A DNA stretch of 64,000 nucleotides. Origin: Isurus oxyrinchus (Eukaryota). The stretch lies in NCBI GenBank assembly GCA_026770705.1, contig JANJGN010000032.1:14632001-14696000 (forward strand), read 5' to 3'. The translations under genes and the position numbers were made by a program. Below are positions 1 to 14,523 of the stretch, in pieces. The notes under the pieces are model-generated. The model was not told where the DNA came from. It searched no databases and was given only the letters and a program-made list of their open reading frames with translations. Within the stretch, counting starts at the first letter, position 1; each line of letters starts with the position of its first letter.

Positions 1-2124
1 CAAGTGGGCATTGCATAAGAAATCTGTCAGTGCCTAAAGGTACTTTAACAATCTAAATTCTAGCTGTGTATAACATATGTATCAACAAATGTTTCTGGTC
101 ATAATGCCAAGTGACTAAATAAATGCACAGATTTGCAAAATGATAAGTTCTTTGAAGTTTATAGGAAAATCCTGATGTAATCTGTAGCCTGCTTAAACAT
201 TCAGCCAGTTTCAAATGACAGACGTCTAGTAAGCATCAAGCATTACTGAAGGAGTTAATAGCTCTGTATGAACCCATTTGTGCAATAATGAATTCTCTCT
301 TAAAAGCTATCCACTTTCTGGATGTTGAAGAGCTATTGACATAGACTAAAAGCTTTCTTGCTGCGATCAAATTCCTCACAAGCTGGATGGATTCAGTTTA
401 TTTTGGGAGCCTGCAGCCAGGGAGACTGGTGCAGAGCACATGCTGGGAAACTGCTGCCACTGATATTTTGTTATTTTGATCTAGGCATCACACAGGGTTA
501 CATGCTGTACCATCCAATATGAGCAAGAGCATGTGAGTTCAGTTATCTTTCCAATTACTTGTTGTTCTTGTGGTGCTAATTTATGCAGAGAATATTTCAC
601 AACTTCATAACCACCGCATGTTCCACAGTTTACATTTATCTGGAGCCTTTCATGTATCAAAATGTCTTTACAAAGGGATTGGTGGATGCTGAGGAGGACA
701 GAAGTTGGGGGCAAAGTTGCCAACCATCCAGGGATAGTCTGGTGTCTTCGGGAATTAAAGATTAATTTTCTGGACCACTGCATTCAATCCAGGAGAAAAC
801 TCATAAGGTTATGAAAAAATTGTATTTTTTTCATTACCTTTCAATGCTTTTGTTTGTTAGGTATAAGAATAATGGAATGGGAAAAAGAGGCTGTTTGACC
901 AGGTGAGGCAGTTGGAGGCAGGAGGTTATGTGATGAAAACTTCAGGAATGCTTGAAACCAGAATTGGTAACTCTAGTTATAGGGAGTTGGGGCAAAGTAG
1001 CTGGAGGGGAGGGGAAAGGAAGACATAAGCAGTGTTTGAAGGGGTAGGCCTCGAGCAGGTATTTCAAGGTAGGGATAGAAGTAGCAAGGGTGGGAGGGAT
1101 TTAGGGAGAGATTACAAGACCTGATGTCTGATTTGCTTATCCTTCTCCTTCCTTTTCACTCCTCATCCTCGCTCCATCAACCAATTCCACTTGCACCAAA
1201 ATTGGGTCTACCCATTTGCCATCAGATCAAGTACCTCTCGTCACACAAGCTGAAGGGGCTGCAAGCAAACCAAACCTTGCCAACAAACACCTGCACAGAA
1301 ATGCTGGTACAACTCCCGCCCCAAAATATAGGTGGGAAATGGAGAGTCACCGATCATCCTTTAAGACTGGGATTAAGGCACATTGTCCAGGGAGCTTAAA
1401 ATTCTTACACTGCGTTAATATATTATAAGGGGTCCTGCGATTAGGGTTTAATGAAGACCCACAAAGTCTATGCACCACTTACCCAAGTTTATCTTGCTTT
1501 GACTGCCACTCCAATCATGGCCATGAAGGTCGGTTGTCGATGATTCCCATTACCAGAGGAATGTGGCTCAGTGTGTGCAATTAGAAGGTGATAGACAAGA
1601 GCAGGCAAGTAAAACATGGGCCCCTATTGTAATTCCGTCTCCAGAGCTCTGTCCTTCACATTGAATGTACAAACACGGTGCTGACTGGTTGCCATCAACT
1701 GTGCCTCTTCAATAAAAGAGCTTTATATACTATTCCCCAAGGTTTTCTTTGTCTTTCTCTTTAGTTTGTCTGCCTTATTACATTAAAGGCACTATATAAA
1801 TAAAAGTTGTTGTTGTTCTTTCCGTCTGCTTTGTCTGTGTCTTTTCCCCCCTTCACTTGGATTTGTTGGTGTTACTTTTCCTCTTTCTTTGTTCATCTTG
1901 ACGAATGTAGCGAATGGCCCACAGGTTTTTATCTCCATCTGAACTCCCAAGTATAAACATGTGAAGGACCAGCAGCGTCACAGAGTGATGAAAATCTGGG
2001 CCTCGCCATTTGCAGCAGGTCAAGCGCCTCTTGCCACACAAGCTGAAGTTGGTGGGTAGTACCTTGTAGGTCAGCGTGGCATTTCACATGTTTTCCCATC
2101 CCAGCCACTACCCAATCACCCTCC

Positions 2125-2566
2125 CATAAGAACGTAAGAAATAGGAGCAGGAGTAGGCCATACAACCCCTCGAACCTGCTCTGCCATTCAATATGATCAT
2201 GGCTGATCTTAGGCTTCAACTTCAACTTCCCGCCCACTCCCCATATAACTTAATTCCCTGTCTTTCTCAGTCTTAAATCTATTCAGTTATTTAGAATCCA
2301 CAACCCCCTGGGGTAGAGAATTCCAAAGATTCACAATCCTCTCAGTCCTAAATGATCATCCCCTTATCCTGAGACTGTGCCCTTGTATTCTAGATTCCCC
2401 AGTCAGGGGAAACAATCTCTCAGTATCTACCCTGTCAAACCCCTTCAGAATCATGTATGTTTCAGTGAGATCACCTCTCATTCTTCTAAACTCCAGAGAA
2501 TTTGGCCTATTTACTCAGCATCTCATTATAGGAAAACCCCCTTATCCCAGGAATCAATCCTGTGGA
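2125..2566 (-). mobile_element. CR1-type LINE 3' end
   Basis: ..GAAGAATGAGAGGTGATCTC..GAATGGCAGAGCAGGTTCGAGGGG..CTCCTATTTCTTA on minus. Confidence 0.8.
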
Positions 2567-2599
2567 TTTCATAAGGTTATTGATGAAGTAAGGATGCTT

Positions 2600-2737
2600 T
2601 CTGTTCTGTTGAAGAGTCATGCGGACTCGAAAGGTCAACTGTGCTCCCTTCCACAGACGCTGCCAGACCTGCTGAGTTTTTCCAGGTATTTTTGTTTTTG
2701 TTTTCGATTTCCAGCATCCACAGCTTTTTGCTTTTAT
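2600..2737 (+). mobile_element. Penelope 3' end fragment
   Basis: Same terminal sequence as other copies (GACCTGCTGAGTTTTTCCAGG..CCAGCATCC). Confidence 0.8.
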
Positions 2738-4304
2738 TTAAGGAAGGGTGCTTTGTTCCACTGGGAACTGCACTGGGGCTGCCCAAAGTGATTTCACAAA
2801 AGGCTCATTTCCTCTTGATCGCTGTGAAAGATCTTTATCCCAATATTCTGAAGTGGATTTGAACCCAGATCCGAGGCGTGAGAAGACTGTGTTCAAACAT
2901 TCCTGGCCCTTGTCTAGCATTGCTACTGTAACTTTACCTGCGCCCTACAAGGCCAGTAGAAGTGGGCCTCATATTTTGAGGTAAGACAGTGAGTTATTTG
3001 AGACCTGACAAGTATAGCATGTTCAGAAGGAACATGTGACTTTGGACCTTTAGTTCCAAAGCTCTCTGCCTCTCAGGTTTTCCTTATGCCAAATCTTAGT
3101 CTCTTGTGAACCAATTAATAAGAGATTGATTCCTGCGTTCCTCTAATTCTGGCCTCTTGTGTATTGGTGGCTCTGCCTTCCGTTACCTAGCCCCCAAGCG
3201 CTGGAATACCCTCCCTAAACCACTCTGCCTTTTTACCTCACTTTCCTCCTTTAATACACTCCTTAAAATCTATCTCTTTGACCAAGTTTTCACCTGACCC
3301 AGTATCCCCTTCTGTAGCTTGGTTTGATAATGCTCCTGTGAAGCGCCTTGGGATGTTTCATTATGTTAAAGGCACTATAAATATAAGTTGTTGTTTATTA
3401 GTCAATAGCTCCATTATTATTGCATCAGGGTGGAAAAAGACAAACCAGATGGACATTGGTCGTTTTTCATCTAGTGGCTCCTGTAATCCCACCTGGAGTT
3501 CCTGGCTGGAAATGTGGCAAGGAGGAGGGGCATTTTTAAAATATTTAGAAGCATCCCCCTCTCAAAGGGGGTCTTGGGGGAAGAGGAATATTTAAAGAAT
3601 CCTGGACACCTCCTCCCACCCCAGAACCAGCAGCTTTTGAGATGTGCCACAAGCCAGCATTTTAGATGTGCACCCAATGGTACCTCAGCCCCCATCCCTC
3701 CACTCCCCACCCCCACCCTCATCCCTGTGCATTGTAATACATTGATGGACTCCCCCACAACTCCAAGAGCTGTGGTGTGGCCAATGTGGAAGTCCCAAAC
3801 AGGTACGTGCTGGTAGTTATGCTAGGAGACCCCTTCCTCTCAACAGATTCTGTGTCTATTCCACTCTGCCACCTGTGGTCTGCGGGCCCAGTAAAAGCTC
3901 AACTAAATGCACCAGTATGGAAATGACTGGTGTGCATTTATAGAACATGAGGCCATTCACAGAGCTGTGAATTAATCACCAGATTTTACATAAGGCTTCT
4001 GTTAAGTGGTTTCTTCAAATTGAGTTGCTGAATGAGAGGCTTAAATGGGCTGTCATAAGAAGATTTACAAATTGACTCTGTTCATCTGCAGTTTATTGAA
4101 ACCTTGAGATTCGAACATTAGATTTCTTGCAAAATTATATATTCTGTCAAGATTATGCTACATAAACTGTTTGAAACTATTGCTGTTTAATCTGGTTTCA
4201 TCTAAATTGCACCTAGGCACGTATTTTACTGCCCTGTGACTTTCTGGATGTGATTTATACACTGGTTGGTCACTCAGTGTAAAGGTTGTTGATAAACAAG
4301 ACTT

Positions 4305-4680
4305 GAAAGACTTGCATTTCTATAGTGCCTTTCACAACCTCAGGATGTTCCAAAGAGTTTTACAGTCAATGAAGGACTATTTGAAGTGAGGTCACTGTTG
4401 TAAAATAGGAAGTGTGGCAGCCAAAATATACACAACAAATTCCCACAATGTGATAACAATCAGATCATCTTTTTTTTAATGATGTTGATTGAGGGATAAA
4501 TATCTGTCAGGACACTGGGGTAACTCCCCGCTCTTCTTCAAGTAGTGCCATGGGATTTTTATGTTCATCTGAGAGGGCAGTCGGAACCGCAGTTTCCTCT
4601 GGAAGATGGCACCTCTGACAGTGCAGCACTCTGAGCCAGAAGGCCATAGGGTCAAGTACCACTCCAGGAACTGTGAGCAT
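4305..4680 (-). mobile_element. Deu-domain SINE
   Basis: Reverse-complement homologue of 31640-31985. A head fragment also lies at ~21872-22003. Confidence 0.7.
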
Positions 4681-5437
4681 ATAATCCAGGCAAACATTCC
4701 AGCCCAGTACTAAGGGAGTATAACTGTCAGGAGAGGACCAGGACAGATGGGGGCCTTGCAACCTTGAAATCTCACAAGGAAATGGCCCTCCAATCAGTTA
4801 TCCTCATTGGAGAGGGTAAATTTGGAGGGAATCCACCACGTGCCCAGGTTTGTGCTCATTGGCTGCAGACATTTTAATGAATGACAATCATGGGCTATGC
4901 AATTGCGGTCTCCTACTATTAGTAGCTCCCAACTGGTCTTCATTCACAAACACATGACCCACATTTCTCAACTTATTTCCAGTGTTATTATAAAAGAAAA
5001 ATACTGCGGATGCTGGAAATCTGAAATAAAAACAGAAAATGCTGGAAACATTCAACAAGTCTGGCAGCATCTGTGCAGGGAGAAACAGAGGTAACAGGAT
5101 GAATTCTGGGTCCTGACCCTGCACCTCAACAGCATTGCTCTTGTGACGCTATCTTTCAATTCAAATGGCCTAACTGGATAGGAGAAGAGTTCGGCACCCA
5201 ATTAGGCACCAAGTGTCTGCAGGAGGTGGGCACCTGTGGCAAAGACAGGCAACAGCCACATTGGAGGCTGCTGCTGTCTTGCTGAACAGAGGTGGCAGCT
5301 TCTCCGAGGTCCAGCAGTGAAGACAGGGCTGGCAGGGGCCATGCAGGAAAAGTGAAGGTCCAGCACTAGCAAAGGCACAAGGGGTCCTGGAGAAAGCAAA
5401 AACAAAAACAAATAAACTTTGTTGACAAAAACTTAAA

Positions 5438-5712
5438 TTGACAAAGATGTCATGGGCAAAAGGACACTACTATTAACACCCCCTTTGTCCTTTTGTTCAT
5501 GGCATCTTTGTCAATCTCTCCTTAACCCCCACCTAGCGCTGGCCTTCTATCCAGCTTCACCTGCTCCACACCACTTAAACAGTATAAATTTCATCACATT
5601 TTTACTTCTCCTTAGCTCTGAAGAAGTCATATGGACTCGAAACGTTAACTCTGTTTCTCTCTCTACAGATGCTATTACACCTGCTGAGTTTTTCCAGCAT
5701 TTTCTGTTTTTG
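5438..5712 (+). mobile_element. Older Penelope pseudo-LTR fragment with a short 5' inversion
   Basis: Hairpin at 5438-5514 and canonical CTGAAGA..GAAAC motif at ~5617-5645. Related tail fragments lie at 4990-5097, 10980-11089 and 32264-32352. Confidence 0.7.
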
Positions 5713-6319
5713 ATTCAGGCCCCTTAACAAGCTCCTTAAGGAGCTTAAGAGGCCGTTAATTGGCGGCAAGCTGGTTTCCAGTTCCCTCCCTTCCACTGGC
5801 CCTTTGAAAATTACGAACTGTTCCAGGGGCATCAGAATCCCAAGATGACTGCCGGGACTGTGATTTTGAAATTGCGCCTGCGCCAGGTCCCAACCCCGTG
5901 GCACTTTGAAAATCCAGCCCAATGTTTCAGGTCAATGACTGGTCTAAAGTCAACTCTATTTCCCTCTCCATAGATGCTGCCTGACCTGCTGAACATTTTG
6001 AGCATTTTCCACATCTATATTATTCTTCTTGGCTTGGCACCAATAAACAACAATGCAAAATAGTTAATACAGCCCTCTCTGTGGCCTGTGCTGATAGAAT
6101 TTATTCATTTTGTTTTGAAACCCAGAGTGGATTCTATCTTCAGATGTGGTTCCTTTGAGGGCAGGCCAAGTGCAGAACTAAGGGATGTAACAAAGGCATC
6201 TTTTCCAGGTGGGCAGCCTAGTTCCATCACAAATTCTCCTTTCAAGTACAGCCACTTCTTTACCTTCTCTGGGTTCATCTAGAGCACAGAACAAAAACTT
6301 TCCAAAAAAACAAACACAG

Positions 6320-6778
6320 TCACAGAATCAGAATTGTTACAGCACAGGAGGAGGCAATTCAGCCCACCATGTCTGCACCTACTCTCCAAATAAGCAATCC
6401 ACTTCGTGCCATTCTCCTGCTTTCCCCCCAGTAGCCCAGCACATTTGTCCTTTTCAGATAACAGTCTAATTTCCTTTTGAATGCTTCGATTGAACCTGTC
6501 TCAACCATAGTCTCAGGCAGTGCGTTCCAGACTTTAACCACTCACTTCATAAAAGAAGTTTCTCCTCATACTGCTTATTGCTTTTTTCCAATTACTTTAA
6601 ATCTTTGCCCTCTCATTCTTGATCCTTTCATGACTGGGAACAGTTTCTCCCTATCTACTCTGTCCAGACCTCTCATGATTTTGAACACCTCTATCAAATC
6701 TCCTCTCAGCCTTCTTTTCTCCAAGGAAAACAGTCCTAACTTCTCTAATCTATCTTCATAACTGAAGTTCCTCATCTC
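6320..6778 (-). mobile_element. CR1-type LINE 3' end
   Basis: [32 protein letters not shown]. Confidence 0.9.
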
Positions 6779-6782
6779 AAAT

Positions 6783-7662
6783 GGGCAAAATCGTCTCACC
6801 AAAGCCCTTGCTGGAATGGCAGGACCATTTTTGGATCTGGACCCCGATTCACTGAATTGAGTCCTTGGCTCTTTACCAGAGTAAATCAATTGCCATCCCA
6901 TTCTTGTCAGTTCCTGGCAATGCATACCCACCTGGTCCAATGGAACGAAGGTCTAGTTCCAGGGGGCTGAAGATGTCAACAGCGACCTGCCATGACGTCC
7001 TAAACCTCAGTGTCCATCCCCTCTGCCTTCTGGAGGGGCATGTGGTTGAGGAGAAGGCAGCTCATATTACTGCTAGAGTTGCTCCTGCAGTTGCTGGCAG
7101 TTAGTGGTGGTGTGGTCTTTGCTCAGCAGAGGTGGAAGGTAGAGCTGCATAAACTATTCCCATGCTGTGGTGAAGGCTGGCGGCAGGGTATTACAGGTGA
7201 AGGTGAGTGAAAGGCTACACAGGTGAAGTGCCTTCCAAAAAGTTGGCGATCGTCTGTCAAATGGTGAAAGAAAAATCTGAGAGAAAAAGTGCTTTCAACA
7301 GTAGCCTCTCATCTGGCCATGGTTGGAGCTCTTCAGCCTCACTGATCAAAGCCTTCCCAGCTTGTCACTTCCACTCTTCCCTCTGTGTACACACCTCGGT
7401 GACCCTGGCGAGTTGCTGACAGGTCAGAAAACAAGTCCCCAGGCTGGAAAATCCAGGATACAAGGTTAAAACAGCTAATAATTGCCCTCAACTACTTGTT
7501 ATTTATTTACCCAACAGATCCAGAGGGTTTCCCGCTTGCTTTCAATCCAGGCTCGGAGAAAGCCAGAACCGCACAAGAATGATGACCTGATGTCAACTTA
7601 TGGGACTTTCCTGCCCTGCATGCACTGGAACTCGCTGCCACAGGGCCGGGGAAATTCTGCCC
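6783..7662 (-). mobile_element. Harbinger deletion derivative
   Basis: TIRs GGGCAAAATC/GAAATTCTGCCC and TSD AAT. Minus strand ~6900-7010 reads SWQVAVDIFSPLELDLRSIGPGGYALP, resembling the transposase N-terminus. Confidence 0.75.
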
Positions 7663-10600
7663 AATTCGTTTGAAAGAGGTCAGCATCAAAAAATATTTGT
7701 AAAGCCTGTTTTTTTATTTGCTTTAGTAACAAATGATATGAAGCGTAAATCATGTGAAATTCATTATCACTTGCCAACTATTTTATCGTTATGTAAAATG
7801 TTGCACAGTACCCCTCCCACACACCGGGAAATATATTGGCTGAGCACTTTCTCCATGAAAACAAAGCCCTCTTAATCAACAGTCATTGACAACTATTAAA
7901 CATTATGTTTCTGACAGGATATGCTGAGAAGCTGAGTACCTGGCCATAATGTCATATTTGTACATGTTTCATTCAACCCTCCAGGACAAAGCTTCAGTTA
8001 TACTCCTAAGTGAGGACCTCCAACAGCAAAAGATGCCATTTATTGATGATTGGCAGGAGAGTGAGTGGCAAAGAGAGAGAGAGAGAGAGCCAGGAGACAA
8101 GCAGCTTTAGTCTTCAGGAGACTACACTGGTGTAAATACACTGCAAAAATAATGATGCTTACCTGTTTACTGTTGCTGCTACTGATGATAGCAATTGAAT
8201 CTGGACAGCCTTTAACTCTATGCAGCATTTAAAACTTCTGGTATCGGCTTTGACATTTTTATGCAGACCTGGATGATTCCAGTTCAGTTACCAGTCTGTG
8301 CTGAGATAGCGGGCCTGAGTTGGGTTGATAGTGGGCCAGTATAATTACATTTAGTGTTCCTGGGTTGGCACAATGGAAGGCAGCCAGGCTTCCTATCTGG
8401 TGGACTCGCACTGGCAAGTGCGTGCACGTGAATTTCAGGATTAGGCTCGGCTCTGATGACCCCATTGTAGCCAATTAGGCTGCTCATGACCAGGAACAAC
8501 CAGTTTTTGGCAGACTAACAGAAGGCAACTGCCAACCATGGAACCATACAGCAATTGGCATCTAGGCAAATATGTGTCAGGGACTTCAGGAGAAATTTGC
8601 CAGAAAAAGATTTTGTTTTAAACCCTTGTGCTTGATTCATGTAAATACTAAGACCCACTACGTGACCTGTAGTTCTACTGAAATTGATAGCTCATTTTCA
8701 CCACTCCCTTCTTCATTCATAAATGATTCTGGATTTGATCCCTTGTTTGTGTTCTGTTACTGAGCTGAAATGGGCAATTATGGCTCAGAACAGGAAGCAT
8801 CTGTCAGGGATCAAACTGCCACTGATTAGCTAGCTGATGCCTGGTGAAAGCAGATGTGTGGACAAAAATGAGGTCTCTATAGCAATAGTTCCTGAGTCGC
8901 ATAACCCATCAGCATCACTCACTAAAAGAATGGCTGCTTGGGTGAGGCTACTGGAGGGCCATTGGTTCCTGTAGAACTTCACCTCCCCACAAGAGAAAAA
9001 AGGTAAAAGGGGGAAACGTTACTGCCCTTAAAAGGCGACAGCATCCATCCTGCCAATTGTTTAGTGTCTCCTGTCAATGTTTGGCAAGCAGGAAATTTCC
9101 CTCCCTATTTGTTTGGAGGGGGCCAACTCCCTTCACATAGTTGGACAGTCCACTGTCAGGAGACTGGTTGAGAGCTAACAAAACATTCGCAATTGATGCC
9201 AACAGGATCAAGTGATGGGCAACTTAAGTGCTTCACCCCTTGGTATTCTGGGTCAAGCATCCAACCATTTGACGCATGGTTAAGATAGGCCTGGGTCATG
9301 ATGGCTCCCATGGTCAAATACCCCATCTATGCCAAAAACCCCAAGGCAAATATGAAGACTAGTCAGTTGGGTGAGGAACAGAAGATTGCTGGTGCCCATG
9401 GAAATGCACTCCAGTAAGGGTAAGAGCCTTCAAGGAAAATGGGGGGAGAAAACTGTGAGCAAGCGAGACTGTGTACGTTATTTCTTTGCCAATTTGCATT
9501 GTTTATTTGATGCTGAATTAGAGAACAAAGCCTTGTTTGTCAGAGCAGTGGCTGACGGAGCGGATGCAGCTTTGGAGACCTCTTGGATGGCAGCCACCGA
9601 CTGCAAATGAGAAGCATTTCTTCATAAAACCAAGTGTTTTGCAGCATTCACTATTGCATTATGCTCCAAATCATTTCCCTCTACTTTTGTCAAACACTGC
9701 CCTAATTTCATGCAATGAGTATTCTATTAAAGCTTTATTTCAGTGTTTAAACAATAGAAATTATTTACCTTATTTCGACAGTGCAGTTAGATGTCATTTG
9801 CATCCAACAGTTAAAGTGAGGGACAAATGTCATTCACATCTGAATTGCCAAAAGCTGCCTTTTGCATTAAGAATAAAAAAGGAGTATTTACATAAATACA
9901 CATTGCATGTGAGGGGTTCCATTCAATTATTCTGCTCTGGTGCCACTGCAGCACATGGTGCAAATTTGCACCCAGTGTATCTTAGTTAACATGTTAGTGA
10001 TTGGTTCACATGCCACATTAGAAAAACATTTTACATAGTCATGCTCCTGGCACTCACTGTAAATATCTAAAGGCTGACCTCAGAAGCATCATTAGTGCGC
10101 CACTCTCTCTTCGGCTAGAAATGGTCTGGCTCCATCTAAAACCATCCATCCTTTACATTTGAAACTCAATGTAAGGAGTTCATCTTGCTCTTTCGGACTT
10201 TTGGAAGCTTCTATAAGGTCACCTCAAAGTTACCTTTTTCCAATAACAATAACCTGCCTTTATATAGCGTCTTTGATGTAGCAAAATAACCCAAGGCGCT
10301 TCAAGGAGCAACTATCAAACAACATTTGCCACCAAACCACACAAGGGGATATTCCAGTGTGAACATGTTCAGCTTCCCCACTATTCCTCCCAACTTGGAT
10401 TCCCAGGACTTGATACCATCTTGGCTGCTCTTCATTGCACCCTCAAGGCCAATAATATCCTACAAGCACCTAAATCATTCTTATTCTGTGGAAACACCCA
10501 TCATACTACCTCTATATGATTCAAGCCGCAGAATAATGCATAGGCAATACCCTCTGTAACTTTCCCTGAGTTCCTCATAGGTTGTCCCAAGCTAAACTTT

Positions 10601-11089
10601 GCTGTGTTCCTGTGGTAACTTCCTTATTTATTTAACCGTTTGGTAAATGGGGTAATGGCTTCACCATATTCTCTTACTCTCCTTTCTATCTCCTTTGTCT
10701 TTGCTCACTCCTCTTAAATGTTGGTAAATGGTTCAACCAGCGAGAAATGAATCCACAAACAATTGCTTACTGCTGGAAGTCTCGAAGAAACTGTTCATGT
10801 ACTCATGGCAGCTTCCAAGACTGGAAGCAAGTGTATTTTGTAACTGTTTAAATGGCCTATGGGGAATGGGAGCGCATGTTGTCCAGGAGACTGAGCCCAG
10901 CCCTCAAACTGTATATGTTCCAAACTTCTCATTGGGAGCTTCAGGTGACATTCAATCCCTGCCAGTGGATGTTTTCATGGAACAAAAGTAAAATCCTGCA
11001 GATGCTGGAAATCTGAAATAGAGACAGAAAATGTTGGAAATACTCAGCAACTCAGGTAGCATCTGTGAAGAGAGAGAGACAGAGTTAAC

Positions 11090-12014
11090 GGCCCAGAACT
11101 TCTGGTCTCTGGATCATCGGAAACCGGACGTACGACCCAAGGTGCACATTGGGACCCTGCGGAAATCCCGAAGCACTGACCTCTGAGGGAATTACCCAGA
11201 AGTTTGAATTTCCAACGGACAATTCCCCTGCTCCCTGTGACCCTCCGCAAAAGACTCCGAGTCTGAGTTAGAATCAGAGACTTCAGACAGTTCCGGCGTA
11301 CTTGCCTGAATAGCTACCCAGGAAATGTTAAAAAGAAAATTCCTAGTCCAAGTCCTGAGTAACTACAGAACTGAACCCCCCAAGCAATCATACTGACCAC
11401 CTGACCACCTCCCGAACCTCTCCCCATTGACCTCCTCTGAACACAACCCCCTCCAACATCCCTCTGACCAACTTCCTCCAGACCACACTAACCCCCGACC
11501 ACCCGACTACTCCCCCGACACCAGGCTTGACTAGCCCCGAGCTGACTACCCCTCCCAACACGACCTTACTACCCCAGCCAGACCTGACTACTCCCCACTA
11601 CTCGACTAATGCCACCCTCTCCTCCACCAGACTAGCCCCCAACCTTACTACTTCTCCCAATCCAACTATCCCCTGACCCACCACACCCACCTACCACCCT
11701 AGCTGTCACCCAACCCCACCCTGCCACCTTACCCGCACCTACCACCCTCCCCACCTGCCACCCAAGCCCCCCTGTCCTCTACCCATTCTTTCATTCATCC
11801 ACTCGCCTTTCATTCATTCACAAACAAGTGGGCATGTCCATTCTTCCCCCAATGCTACTCCGCTGTGATAGAGCTCCCCAAGGATAACTATGCTCCACAT
11901 TTCTGGAGAAGCCGAGGTCAGAAGACCCAGCCAGAAATGAGGAGCTGCGTCAGGGCACAGAAAAGTTGGAGCAGCAAACTGACCATGATTGCAACTTTGC
12001 AGAAGATCCAGGCC
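11090..12014. mobile_element. MITE-like element with a C-rich core, inserted in a Penelope fragment
   Basis: TIR-like GGCCCAGAACTTC/GAAGATCCAGGCC. A second copy is split between 23867-24041 (+) and 37965-38080 (-). Confidence 0.65.
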
Positions 12015-14523
12015 ATAGTTTCAGATCTGTGTCCTTCTATCAGAACTCAAGAAAGTTAGAAATGTAATAGTTTTGAGCAAGTGAAAGGTGGTGGGAAGAA
12101 GAGACAAAAGGGGAGGTCTGTGATAGGGTGGAGAGCAAGAGAGATTAAATAACACAAAGTTTCATGGTTCAAAAACCAAAGAGGGATGGTAATGGGTTAA
12201 GTAAGGAAACAAAAGATATGTCCTGATGAGGTGTGAATGGCTGGATATTAGCAGCCCAAATGCAGACTAAAACGATTAAGAAAATTTTCAAAATGGTTTC
12301 ATAGCCTGTTCTAATGATTTGGAATGTGAGCTTTATTTTCATATAGAGCTTTGATTTCTCCATTTGTTTCCTTGAATCTCTTGACCAAGTGGCTATTCTT
12401 CATATGTATGACTATTGTTAAAAGGCCATTTAACCATGTGGGAACACATCATAGCCTAGCCTGATCCTTAACTGATGTCTATACATGTACACTTTCCAGC
12501 AAGCATCACTAGATAGTAGTCAGGAGCATGAGGCCTGACATATTTCTTTCCCCCCATCTCCCTAGCCAAGGAGACCTGGCAATGGTGAGATTATAAATCA
12601 AAGTTAATAGGTTAAATAAACTATAAGACTAGTTCCCAAACCTACTCCTGAGAAATCATCTTTAAAGATAGGTTACAGATAATTAATTCCCCAAAATACC
12701 TCCTATTTCCTTTTCTTAACAAACTAGCAGTAGTATGGTTTGTAATCTAAAAGAATAATTGGAGTTAAAATAGAAATATAAATAAATATAAATGGGAAAT
12801 ATTAAAATGGGTACTTATTCATACTTTAAAAGCCCCAAAAGATGATTTGAAATCCCTTTATGACAGTTTCTGGGATGCAGTTGAATGAACACCCATTACT
12901 GTCGCAAAGCATTATTTCCAATGTTCCCGCAGTATAATTTCCTTAGCCTTTCCTAGCACGATGCATCTATCACAAGAAGTTAATGCAGGTAATATACCTG
13001 TCAGAGAAAAATATAAAATAAGTCCCAAATGCACAGAGGAGATAAGAAAGGAAACTAAAAATGGACGACTCCTAATTCTGCAGTTGCAAGCAGGACCCAT
13101 GTGTTAGATTATAATCTTCCACGAGAGAAAGATAATGCATTTTAAGAGATTTTGGACTGTGTACTCAAAACCCCTGAAGAACAAACAGATCACTTAACAA
13201 AGACTACTACTTATTAGGAATTTACCTCACTCTCACTAGCTGATCTCAACACTGATAGCTAGAGATAAATTACTGTTAAAGTGCTCATTTTTCAGCTGAG
13301 TGGTCAACAAAATACAGTGAGATCCATCTGCCTTAAGAAGGGCATTATTAAGGAGGGGAAGCACCTTCTGGTGAGCGATCAAATCCAAGCTGGTAGTAAG
13401 GCTGTTGGTTTTGTCATGATATAGTCACTGCAGATGGACAAGAGAGCCCCAGTGTCCCAGTACACACCAGCAAGGACCCAGATTCAATCCCCAGTCTGAC
13501 AACTGGTCTAATTTAGCATGTCAGTAGGTCCATTACAGTTGCACCCTGGGAGATGGATGTGGAGCGTAAAATTAAGCGTAATGCATGGCCTCCTTCCCCT
13601 GACCCCACCACAATTTTACACACAGCATGGAGGACCCAGTTGGCCCACCTACCCAGGTCCCACTCCTCGGGCTACTGGTGAGGAAAGTGGATGTGGGGGG
13701 TGGTTCCTCCTTTAAGGGCCCCCTAGGCCCATTCGAGGACTCCCCTGTGTCAGGACGCCACCCCCATCCCAGACCTTCTCCTTCCACCCTGGCCTCCCAA
13801 GCCCCCCCACTTTCAAAGGGGCCTCCAAGGCTGGCCCTACCGAGGACCCCCCCCCCGCCCCCCCCCCCCAATTTACCTCTTCAACGGGCTCCAGCAACAA
13901 TCTTCAATGGGGGCTGGGTGTAGTCCCAGCAGTGGCCACCGATCCGGTGGCATTGCTGGAACCAGAGAGCTGTTGGCCATTTGATTAGGTGCAGCGTTCG
14001 GAGGCGGGAGTTCCTCCCCAGGTGTTGGCTGCAGTATTCTATGCATTTAATGGCTGCAGGGCAGCCCTTTGGAGTGGGGGCAGGCTCGCAGTCAACACTG
14101 TAGCTGGGCAGCTGAGGGGGGGAGAGCTGCGGATGGAGCACGGAGGGTTGGGGTGGGAGAGGGGGCGGGGGGGGGTGGGGGGAGGTGGAGGAAGAGGTCA
14201 TGAACCACAGCGATCCATAAAATCCTGCCCGAGGTTTATAAACCAACTGTCACTGTTTTTTTTTCATTCATTCATGAGATGTGGGCATCACTGACTGGGC
14301 AGCATTTATTGTCCATCCCTAATTGCCCTTGTTCAGAGGGCATTGCTGTGGGTCTGGAGCCACATAGACGACCAGGTAAGGACGGCAGATTTCCTTCCTT
14401 AAAGGACATTAGTGAGCCAGATGGGTTTTTACAACAATCAGCAATTGTTTCATGGTCATTTTATTGAATTCAAATTTCACCATCTACCATGGTGGGATTC
14501 AAACCCAGGTCCCCAGAGCATTA

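Noticed and set aside
9537-9989. 150-aa ORF in unique sequence
   Set aside because: Non-ATG start, no motif, and composition typical of non-coding AT-rich DNA.
12912-13000. Possible minus-strand terminal exon after acceptor TTTTCTCTGACAG (GILPALTSCDRC..)
   Set aside because: No recognisable protein similarity or partner exon. Cannot be supported without transcript data.
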